A stretch of 64,000 bases of DNA from Thermodesulfobacteriota bacterium (lineage in GTDB: Bacteria > Desulfobacterota > Desulfarculia > JACQYL01). Location: assembly GCA_963675595.2 (NCBI GenBank), contig CAXXLZ010000003.1:32001-96000 (forward strand), written 5' to 3'. This document shows positions 20,078-27,876 of the stretch, piece by piece (the first letter of the stretch is position 1; each line of letters starts with the position of its first letter). A model generated the notes under the pieces. That model had not been told where the DNA came from, did no database searches, and saw only the letters and a list, made by a program, of their open reading frames with translations. A program made the position numbers and the translations under genes.

Positions 20078-20833
20078 ATGGAACCCTACAAAGAACGATT
20101 CGCCCAAATCCTGGCCGAAAGCGGCGCTCTGTTTTTCGACCAGGGGCTGGTGCTCAAAGACGGACGCCCGTCGCCCTATTTCGTGAACATGGGGCGGTTC
20201 CGCACGGGACGCCTGGCCTCGGAACTGGGGACCTTTTTCGCCGCCAGACTCCTGGACACCGACGTGGCGGACCGGATGGACGTGATTCTTGGCCCCTCCT
20301 ACAAGGGCAGCGCCATCGCCGTGGCCATGGCCTCGGCCCTGTGGACCCGACACGGGCGGGACGTGCTGTACGAATACGACCGGAAGGAGGCCAAGACCCA
20401 CGGAGAGGCCTCGACCTCCAAAAGCGTGTTCGTCAACGGATGCCTGACGGAAGACCGGAACATCGTGATTGTGGACGACGTGGCCACGTCCATGGCCACC
20501 AAGGTGGACCTGGTCCAAAAGGTGAAGGAAGAAGGGGATCGCAACGGCGTCACCCTGAATCTCCTGGCGGTGCTCATCGGCGTGAACCGGGAACAGACCA
20601 CGGCCGTGCGGGATGCCGACGGCAACCTGATCTTGGGCGCCAAAGGCGTGGACGCCATTGCGGACTTCATGGCCAAAACGGGCATTCCGGTGCACAGCGT
20701 GTGCGGCATCCGGGAAGTGGTGGACCATCTTTTTACCGAAGGGATTCCCGTACTGGTCGGGGGGACACGACGGCCCTTGGAACCGAAGGAAAAAGACGAA
20801 TTCGACGAATATATCTGTGTTTACGGCTCATAA
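20078..20833 (+). CDS. pyrE: Orotate phosphoribosyltransferase-like protein
   Basis: LKDGRPSPYFVN, GPSYKG, RKEAKTHGE and VIVDDV PRPP-binding motifs. Confidence 0.8.
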   Translation: MEPYKERFAQILAESGALFFDQGLVLKDGRPSPYFVNMGRFRTGRLASELGTFFAARLLDTDVADRMDVILGPSYKGSAIAVAMASALWTRHGRDVLYEYDRKEAKTHGEASTSKSVFVNGCLTEDRNIVIVDDVATSMATKVDLVQKVKEEGDRNGVTLNLLAVLIGVNREQTTAVRDADGNLILGAKGVDAIADFMAKTGIPVHSVCGIREVVDHLFTEGIPVLVGGTRRPLEPKEKDEFDEYICVYGS

Positions 20834-20851
20834 TCCTTCGTCACGGATTAT

Positions 20852-21036
20852 CAGGGCAAACCTTTTGAAAAAGGTTTTCCCTGACCCTTTCCAAAACTTC
20901 TCAAGTGGGTTGCTCGCTTGCGCTTCGCAACCGGGGTGGGTATGACTCACCCAGCCTCTCCGCCGAAGGCGGTGAGGCCCGCTTAAGAGGTTTTGAGGGG
21001 GGCTACGGGGGGAACTTTTTCAAAAGTTCCCCCCGT
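20852..21036 (+). repeat. Multi-hairpin palindromic (REP/BIME-like) repeat family B, copy 1
   Basis: Hairpins CAGGGCAAACCTTTT/AAAAGGTTTTCCCTG, CCGCCGAAGGCGG and GGGGGGAACTTTT/AAAAGTTCCCCCC. Confidence 0.8.
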
Positions 21037-21100
21037 AAGGACCCAAAATTACTCCTATGAAGTTTTTTCATTCATTTTGTTCTTAAATCGTGAGATCGAC

Positions 21101-21721
21101 ATGGCTTTGCTTTCAGGAACGTTTTCTTTTTCCTCCTACCTGGTAAAAGGGGAGGAACCCGCGTCCTTTCGGGACTTCATCGACGAGCGGATGCGTCGCT
21201 TCGCCTTCCAGGAAATTTCCCTCGACACCGAGGAAAAGGCCGTGGGATGGGTTTCTCTGGACAATCTGTTGGATACGGAATTTGCCAACGCCAACTACTC
21301 CTTCGGCGATTACCTGGCCTTTTCCATGCGCATGGACCGCAAGTCCGTTCCCGCGGCTCTGTTGAAACGGCACGTGCTCGAGGCCGAAGCCGACGCACGC
21401 AATCGATCCGGGCGCAAGTTCCTGAGCAAACAGGAGCGCACGGAGATCAAGGATCGAACGAAAATCTCGCTCCTGTCCCGAGCGTTGCCCGTGCCCACGC
21501 TGTTCGACGTGGCCTGGTGCGTGTCCGAGGCGTGGGTCCTCTTCGGTTCCCTGTCGCCCAAGCCCAGGGAGGAGTTCGAAAAGCTGTTCAAAAGGTCCTT
21601 TGATTTCGACCTGGTGCCGTTGCTGCCCTGGGCGCCCAAACAGGTGCCGGACGAACTGCGCAACGCATTCATCGCCGCGTTTCCGGAAGTGTTGGCCGGC
21701 GCCGGGTCGGCGGAAAGCTGA
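21101..21721 (+). CDS. RdgC-like recombination-associated protein, N-terminal-part gene
   Basis: MALLSGTFSFSSY, FAF, GW and SMRMDRKSVPAALLK features resemble deltaproteobacterial RdgC. Confidence 0.75.
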   Translation: MALLSGTFSFSSYLVKGEEPASFRDFIDERMRRFAFQEISLDTEEKAVGWVSLDNLLDTEFANANYSFGDYLAFSMRMDRKSVPAALLKRHVLEAEADARNRSGRKFLSKQERTEIKDRTKISLLSRALPVPTLFDVAWCVSEAWVLFGSLSPKPREEFEKLFKRSFDFDLVPLLPWAPKQVPDELRNAFIAAFPEVLAGAGSAES

Positions 21722-21780
21722 GGGATATGATTGGAGGATCGCCGGGGGGGAACTTTTGAAAAAGTTCCCCCCCGTGCCCC

Positions 21781-23165
21781 CATAAGCGCTAACTTAAGCA
21801 TTGTTTGCTATGCTTCTTTCCGTCTGAGGAATCAGCCGCTGAAGTGCTCGTTTCCTTGGCGGTTCTCGCAAATAAAAAGATATGTTATCCCAGCCGGCAA
21901 TGCATTCGGCCAAGCCGAGTTTAGGGTTCACGGCTTGTTTCAGCAGGTGTAACATAAACATGGTCTCTCTCCAGAAGCATCGATTTCTACGGTGGTTCTT
22001 TTTGGAGTGGGTATCCCCAGGGAAAAAAAGATTCGCCTGCGGCGATCATGGCCTCCACTAAGAAAGCCACCAGTAGTTTCCCATGGATCCAGGCCTTGGC
22101 TCCTTCGATGTCGGTCTTTCTAAGATGGCCTAAACCGAGAATGGACTTTAGACGCTTGAAAGCGAGTTCAATTTGCCATCGACCTCGGTACATCTCGAGG
22201 ACCTGAGAGGGCGAGATTTCACGGCCCAATGTTGTGAAAACAAATATGTAGGCCGCCGCTTCGAGGGTGTCCGGAGTAACTTGGCGACCTTTTTTCCTCG
22301 CCTCTTTTTCTATCGCTTTACGAGCTTTTTCAGTGGCGTCTTTGCTCTTCTTGATGGCACAGATTCTACCTGCAACCAAGCGTTGTTCAAATGGAACGAA
22401 TGCATCCCAGTCGCCAAGCTTATTTACACGTAACGTCCTTAGATGAGGGAGTAATTGGAATCGTTCCCCTTGCTTGTCCACCATGGCGACACGGTGTTTC
22501 ATTCGAACCAGGACGTCGCCGCCGTTGTCTATGACATGGTGAATTCCTCTTGGTGTGCAATAGGCTCTATCCGCTACAAGAAGTTCACCGCCATGGACTT
22601 TGAAATTGGTGAAGGATTCTCCGATCTTGGGGTCTGTTACATAGACTTCGTCGCAGCGCAGCGAAGGCAATTGTATGGAATAATGGACCCTCCAAGTCGT
22701 TCCGGTACTTCCAGGTTCTTGAATGGTGGAGGCATCGATCAACCTGATGCGTGAATTCTCTCCAAAAACAACGGCGGGCAGCTTTCGAAACCATTTCTCC
22801 ATGACCCCTAAGGCCATCCACCGAAACCACTCTCCGCATTTATTCAGTCGTTTTAGGAGAGCTACGTCGGAAATCGACGTAATGTTGCCGAACCTGGCTT
22901 TGGCCGCCGTCAGCCGAAGTGAGCAACCTTCCGCCAGATGGATCAGAAGCGTTCGCAACAGACCTTCGGCGTCCACGAACTTACGGTATCTGACAACGGC
23001 ACCAAGTTCCCTTGCTTTGGATTGCCAGCCATCGGGAAGAAAACCCTGGAGAACTTCCCAGTCTTCCATTTCCTCGGAAAAAACGAGACGCTCCATTGCC
23101 ACCTCCTTTGGCGGCAACGGTACCATAAACCTCACCAAAACAAAAGGCTTAAGTTAGCGCTTATG
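21781..23165 (-). mobile_element. IS4-family insertion sequence, 1385 bp
   Basis: Perfect 19-bp TIRs CATAAGCGCTAACTTAAGC (21781-21799 and 23147-23165); 11-bp target duplication CCCCGTGCCCC (21770-21780 and 23166-23176). Confidence 0.95.
21987..23096 (-). CDS. IS4-family DDE transposase
   Basis: IDAS, ADRAY and YRGRWQIELAFKRLK (YREK) motifs; AAGGAGG RBS. Confidence 0.95.
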   Translation of the reverse strand: MERLVFSEEMEDWEVLQGFLPDGWQSKARELGAVVRYRKFVDAEGLLRTLLIHLAEGCSLRLTAAKARFGNITSISDVALLKRLNKCGEWFRWMALGVMEKWFRKLPAVVFGENSRIRLIDASTIQEPGSTGTTWRVHYSIQLPSLRCDEVYVTDPKIGESFTNFKVHGGELLVADRAYCTPRGIHHVIDNGGDVLVRMKHRVAMVDKQGERFQLLPHLRTLRVNKLGDWDAFVPFEQRLVAGRICAIKKSKDATEKARKAIEKEARKKGRQVTPDTLEAAAYIFVFTTLGREISPSQVLEMYRGRWQIELAFKRLKSILGLGHLRKTDIEGAKAWIHGKLLVAFLVEAMIAAGESFFPWGYPLQKEPP

Positions 23166-23318
23166 CCCCGTGCCCCCCCTCAAAACGCTTTAGGCAGGCC
23201 TCACCGCCTCCGGCGGAGAGGCTTCGTTCAAAAAGTTTTAGAAGGGTTTCGGGGAAACCTTTTTCAAAAGGTTTCCCCGCCTTTCCCTTCAATCTCGATG
23301 TAGCCGAAGAGGAAGACC

Positions 23319-23825
23319 ATGGGAGAAGCGGATCGATTGGGCCGGGAGTTTTTGACCTGGCTGTGGCGGGTGAGCGAGGAACGCGGCGGGAGCGTGTTCG
23401 TACCGGAATCCGGGGACGTGAGCATTGTGTTTCAGAAGCGCGTGATCCTGGAATCCGGAGAAGGCGACTACACGGAAACGGTGTCCTGTCAGGGGTTTCA
23501 CGCCACGTTGGAAGAGGGCAAGGCGGCCCTTAGGCAGGGGAAGAAGGTGCGGGAAGCCCGGATTCTCATGGGGCTGGGCGACCACGAGTGGGAATTCACC
23601 TTCAAGGCGGATCAGTTTCAGTTCCAGTCCGTGAGACCGCCCAAGACCTTCGGCCGGTCCGAAGACGAAGACGACCTGGAAGGGCGGGTGCTGGAACGCA
23701 TCAGCCTCATGGAGGAACCCAAAAAAGTCATGGAACGCCTGTTTACGGAATTCCTGCGCCGACGCCTGGACCCCGCCTGGATCAGCGAGGAAATACCGAA
23801 ATTGGAGCGGTGGGCGAGTTCGTGA
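23319..23825 (+). CDS. RdgC-associated partner protein (C-terminal-part-like gene)
   Basis: LGREFLTWLW and E...AL..GKKV motifs of the gene normally adjacent to deltaproteobacterial rdgC. Confidence 0.7.
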   Translation: MGEADRLGREFLTWLWRVSEERGGSVFVPESGDVSIVFQKRVILESGEGDYTETVSCQGFHATLEEGKAALRQGKKVREARILMGLGDHEWEFTFKADQFQFQSVRPPKTFGRSEDEDDLEGRVLERISLMEEPKKVMERLFTEFLRRRLDPAWISEEIPKLERWASS

Positions 23826-24113
23826 GTCGACTTTCGGGAGGCGTGGGTCCGGGAGGAACAGAGTCTGTCCGAGGCTTGGGATGTGTGGTCATTGGAAGCA
23901 GGTGTAGACGACACCTTGGAATCGCAGATGCGGGAACTCGACAGAGCGATTAGAGGGTTTGGAACGACAAGTGCCCAAACCCGGCATCAGGGCAAGGGAG
24001 CTGGAAGGGTGAGGCATGAGAGAATCGAAACTTGGATTGTAACGCCGAGTGTTGTCGGCTGCTATAAGCGGAACGCCATGTGATGATGCTCCAAGATATT
24101 TTGATATCTGTCC

Positions 24114-24731
24114 TTATGCTGCCCAAGGTTCAATCGCCACGAGTTGTCTCCTCACGAAATCGTATTCGTAGTGAAGCCTCGGATTCTTTTCAGCATTTTT
24201 CTGTGACAGAGAGCTCGGATTGTATTCAAAGTCGACCTTGAATTGCAGCTTGCATGGCACATTGTTGTTGTGGCCGATTTGGTTGATTTTCGGAATATCT
24301 ATTTTTTCACGTTCTAATAGGTCGGTTATCAAGAAATGGCCATCGAAGGCATGCAGCGGCGCAAGCTGCTTGATGGTCTCACCCGAATAGAACGGATAAG
24401 GTGGACGTACCTCAGAATCATTTAAGAATGGAGTTATCCTGACACGTGAATCAATTGACATTCTTGAGTGGTTGGTTAATCTTACTCTGATATCATATGG
24501 GGTATCCATCAGGTTATACAGCAGACATGATGCGCTCGGAGTTACCATATCTCTTGCTATCAAGTATGTATAATAAGTATACAATATTAATGTGCATAAA
24601 GTAGCCACGAGTGCAATATCTGCAATCTTTGGCAGCCATAGGGTTCCAAACCAAGCATCGCTTATCGAGGAAGCAATAGTAATTACCAACAATAAACCTG
24701 AGAATCCGAAAATCCATTTGTGATGTCTCAC
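24114..24731 (-). CDS. Hypothetical protein with two N-terminal TM helices (AT-rich, probably acquired)
   Basis: 205-aa ORF in a visibly AT-richer segment; hydrophobic N-terminus, YTYYTY motif. Confidence 0.6.
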   Translation of the reverse strand: MRHHKWIFGFSGLLLVITIASSISDAWFGTLWLPKIADIALVATLCTLILYTYYTYLIARDMVTPSASCLLYNLMDTPYDIRVRLTNHSRMSIDSRVRITPFLNDSEVRPPYPFYSGETIKQLAPLHAFDGHFLITDLLEREKIDIPKINQIGHNNNVPCKLQFKVDFEYNPSSLSQKNAEKNPRLHYEYDFVRRQLVAIEPWAA

Positions 24732-24807
24732 CGTGAAGTCCCTATTAAGAAGCGAAATTTATCCGAACCATAGAGGCGCTTTGCTACTATCGGTTCTTTA
24801 CTCTGTC

Positions 24808-26304
24808 TTACTTTGTCAGGAATTCGTGCGGCTGGATAGTGCTTTCATCCTTGAAAGCAGATTCGAATTGCTCCCGTGAGAGCCATACCTCTCTCAGATT
24901 TGTCCGGACGAGGAGGGCTCCTCTGAGATTAGCGCCTGACAAATCGGCCTCTCTAAGTGAGGCTCCGCTGAGTGAGGCTCCCCTCATATCTGCCCCTCCC
25001 AAATATGCCTTCTCCAAATGAGCCTCACTCAGATTGGCCCCAGCTAGAACAGCTCCTGCAAGATAAGTCTTTTCCAGATGGGCTTCACTCAGATTCGCCT
25101 TCCTTAGATCTGCACTACTTAGATAGGCGCCCCAAAGATCGGCAGCGAACAGTCTGGTCTCATCCAGCTTGGCACCCCACAGATCGGCTGAACGTAAATC
25201 AGCCCCATCCATATCAGCCCTCGTCAGCTTGGCTTTCCTAAGGTCGGCCGCACATAAGCGGGCCCCCCTTAATTTGCTCTCCCACAGGTCGGCACCGCAT
25301 AGGTCGACACCACTTAGATCGGCTTTCGTCAGATCGGCTTTCGTCAGATCGGCTCTCGATAGAATAGCTCTTCTAAGATCACACCCGGACATATCCATAC
25401 CACCCAAATTTGGAGGTTCTCCGTCATGCCCGAATAGACGCAGATATGCCAAAGCAGCTCCGCTCACATCGATGCTTAAGTCTTCTCCCTCGCCGTACTT
25501 TTTTTTCCGCCTGGCGATGACGGTCATGGCCGCCTGGACATCCGTGTCCAGCTTCGCTACGAAGCCTTCTTCGGAGGGCCCTTCGGCCGTGTGATGAGCT
25601 TCTGCTTGCTTCTCAAGACGAGTCCGATGGGGCTTCTCTCTGGGGGCCAGCTCTGTGTCGCAGGAGGGTCTTTTCCTGTTGGCGCTCTCTCGGACAAAGG
25701 CGGAAAGCACTTCCATGACTGTCCAATAGTCCTTGTCCGAGTCCCTGGAAATGCGCTCCAGGGCATAAATGCCTCCAAGTCGTACCTGCATTTTGTCGCT
25801 TCCGAGTTGATCCACGGCGGATTTGAAGCGATCAGTGATTTGGCCTTCCTGCTCGGTCACGAGTTGGTTATAACCGATGAAGAGGGTGATGAGAATAAAA
25901 CCACCGCCCAATATCTTGGCCCAGGTATCCCGAATGTCATTCCGCAGACGTGCAGCGGGTTCGGGATCGAGGCCCATTCGGCTGACTGCCAAGTGCGGGT
26001 ATAGGCAAAGGAACAGAATGGCGGCCACCAACACCGATATGGCCTTGGAAATGATGTCCAATTCAAAGATTGTCGCTATCATTTGGTGCAGCATGGATGA
26101 ACACCAACTATCCACTTCAAGTCGGCTATCCCAAGCGATGAGGCCCGCCGTAGCCGTCACCAGGAACAAATGGTAAGTGAGAAGAGGCCGTTCCCTCATC
26201 CGAGCCCACACCCCCGCTTTCCTGGCTGGCGCTGACCCCAGTTCGTTGGTCTGATTTCCTGCGGGGTCCGTTTCGTTCTCTTTTGGTTTGGTGTCCCGAC
26301 ACAT
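24808..26304 (-). CDS. Membrane-anchored pentapeptide-repeat protein
   Basis: TM segments; QITDRF..AVDQLG...RLGGIYALERI domain; long run of A(D/N)Lxx repeats. Confidence 0.9.
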   Translation of the reverse strand: MCRDTKPKENETDPAGNQTNELGSAPARKAGVWARMRERPLLTYHLFLVTATAGLIAWDSRLEVDSWCSSMLHQMIATIFELDIISKAISVLVAAILFLCLYPHLAVSRMGLDPEPAARLRNDIRDTWAKILGGGFILITLFIGYNQLVTEQEGQITDRFKSAVDQLGSDKMQVRLGGIYALERISRDSDKDYWTVMEVLSAFVRESANRKRPSCDTELAPREKPHRTRLEKQAEAHHTAEGPSEEGFVAKLDTDVQAAMTVIARRKKKYGEGEDLSIDVSGAALAYLRLFGHDGEPPNLGGMDMSGCDLRRAILSRADLTKADLTKADLSGVDLCGADLWESKLRGARLCAADLRKAKLTRADMDGADLRSADLWGAKLDETRLFAADLWGAYLSSADLRKANLSEAHLEKTYLAGAVLAGANLSEAHLEKAYLGGADMRGASLSGASLREADLSGANLRGALLVRTNLREVWLSREQFESAFKDESTIQPHEFLTK

Positions 26305-26337
26305 TTCGGTCTCCTCGGGCTGGATTCCGGAACGTTA

Positions 26338-27420
26338 TTAGGGTGGGGGTTCCACCGTATTCCCGGGTTCGAGGAATTCCTCGGGAAGGATAGTGTGTTC
26401 GTCCGTGATAGCGGATTCGTATTGTCTGCGGGTCAACTTGGCCCCTGTTAGATCGGAGGACCTAAGATCAGCCTCGGTAAGATCGGCCCATCTCAGATCG
26501 GACTCTTTGAGATCGGCTCCAATCAGCCTAGCCCTTCGTAGATCGGCCCTAATGAGCGTGGCGTTCCTGAAATGGCCCCTCATCAACTCGGCCCAATTTA
26601 GATCTGCTCCACTAAGCGTGGCCCCGGACATATCTGCTCCGACCAGGATGGCCTCTCTAAGATCGGCCCCAGTCAAGCATGCTTTCCTAAGATCGCTGCC
26701 GGACAGGTCTACTCCCCGCAAATTAGAAACTCTTTGATCGAAGTCGTCTAGACGAACGTGCGGCAGAGCTGTACTTCTCAGGTCGAGGGGCAGGTCTTCT
26801 CCACTCCCGTATTTCAGTCTTCTTCTGGCAATGACCGTCAAGGCTGCCTGAATGTCCGCACGCACGGCCGGGATGGGTGCTTCGTCCGGAGGGATCAGGG
26901 GCTCGTTTTCGGCGTGTCCGGGTTCTTCCGCCTCCTCTCGTTTGGCGTTCTCCCGAACAAAGGCCGAAAGCACTTCCATGACGGTCCAATAGTCTTTCTC
27001 CGAGTCCTTAGAGATGCGCTCCAGGGCATAGATGCCGCCCAGCCTGATTTCCATTTTCGGGCTGCCGAGCTGATCGATGGCTCGGGTGAACCGATCGGTA
27101 ATTTGGCCTTCCTGCTCAGTCTTGAGCCGATGATAGCCGATAAACAGGGTGATGAGAATGAAAGCCCCGCCGAAAACCTGGGCCCAGGTGGCCCGCGTTT
27201 CATTTTCGAGTTTGATCGCCTCGCCTTCGTAGAGATGGAGTTCGGCAATTCGTGAAGGGGGAAAAATAAATATATAATAGACGGCGAATCCGGTGACGGT
27301 AAGTACCAGCACGATGCCCAGAGGTTTCTTTAGACGAGACCACGCCTTCCTTACAGTCCGGCTCACCCGTTGGCTGCCGGACCACAGGCTGCGCTTTGCC
27401 TTTTCCAAGAACGCCTTCAT
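26338..27420 (-). CDS. Membrane-anchored pentapeptide-repeat protein (tandem paralog)
   Basis: Same EQEGQITDRF...DYWTVMEVLSAFVRE domain and a shorter ADLxx array; start uncertain. Confidence 0.88.
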   Translation of the reverse strand: MKAFLEKAKRSLWSGSQRVSRTVRKAWSRLKKPLGIVLVLTVTGFAVYYIFIFPPSRIAELHLYEGEAIKLENETRATWAQVFGGAFILITLFIGYHRLKTEQEGQITDRFTRAIDQLGSPKMEIRLGGIYALERISKDSEKDYWTVMEVLSAFVRENAKREEAEEPGHAENEPLIPPDEAPIPAVRADIQAALTVIARRRLKYGSGEDLPLDLRSTALPHVRLDDFDQRVSNLRGVDLSGSDLRKACLTGADLREAILVGADMSGATLSGADLNWAELMRGHFRNATLIRADLRRARLIGADLKESDLRWADLTEADLRSSDLTGAKLTRRQYESAITDEHTILPEEFLEPGNTVEPPP

Positions 27421-27645
27421 GGTTTCCGCTCCCCAATGTTTCACCCACCCCACGCACAGCCCGCCCTTGGCGAAAACGGTATTGGACGAATCCGGCGATG
27501 TCAAGAAGGAATATCCATTCTCGCCCATGGCGGGGCATGGTCACTAGAATACCTACAAACAAGAAGGTCTTGGGGCGCGTATCGGATAGGATATCTGATT
27601 TCTGCAAAAAAGCGGAGGCAGTCTGCCGGCAGGCCCGCCCGGGGA

Positions 27646-27725
27646 GCCGCTCCGCCGAAGGCGGTGCGGCCACACCATCAAAATTTGCGGGGGGTCCGGG
27701 GGGCGCTTTTTAAAGCGCCCCCCGG
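27646..27725 (+). repeat. Repeat family B, partial divergent copy 3
   Basis: GCCGCTCCGCCGAAGGCGGTGCGGC hairpin followed by CCGGGGGGCGCTTT/AAAGCGCCCCCCGG hairpin. Confidence 0.65.
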
Positions 27726-27799
27726 TGTCTTCTGAATTGGCTTTATGCGGCGCAAAAAACCGAAGACCGGCGGGAGGCCGGCCTTCGGCTGGTGTGTTC

Positions 27800-27876
27800 C
27801 TTGGATTACAGAGCACGTCGCAGTGACGAGGGATGAAGCGCAACGCAGCAGATCGCGTTTTGCATCAACCTGTCAG
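27800..27876 (-). repeat. Dispersed repeat family A, copy 3
   Basis: Reverse strand reads AAAACGCGATCTGCTGCGTTGCGCTTCATCCCTCGTCACTGCG. Confidence 0.7.

Larger units (their letters stand above)
21743..23280 (-). repeat. Repeat family B, copy 2 (inverted relative to copy 1, interrupted by the IS)
   Basis: 21743-21780 plus 23166-23280 join into a reverse-complement homolog of 20852-21036. Confidence 0.8.

Noticed and set aside
24850-26720. Periodic AGATCGGC repeats as a CRISPR array
   Set aside because: 15-bp periodicity is explained by ADLxx pentapeptide coding; no spacers or cas genes.
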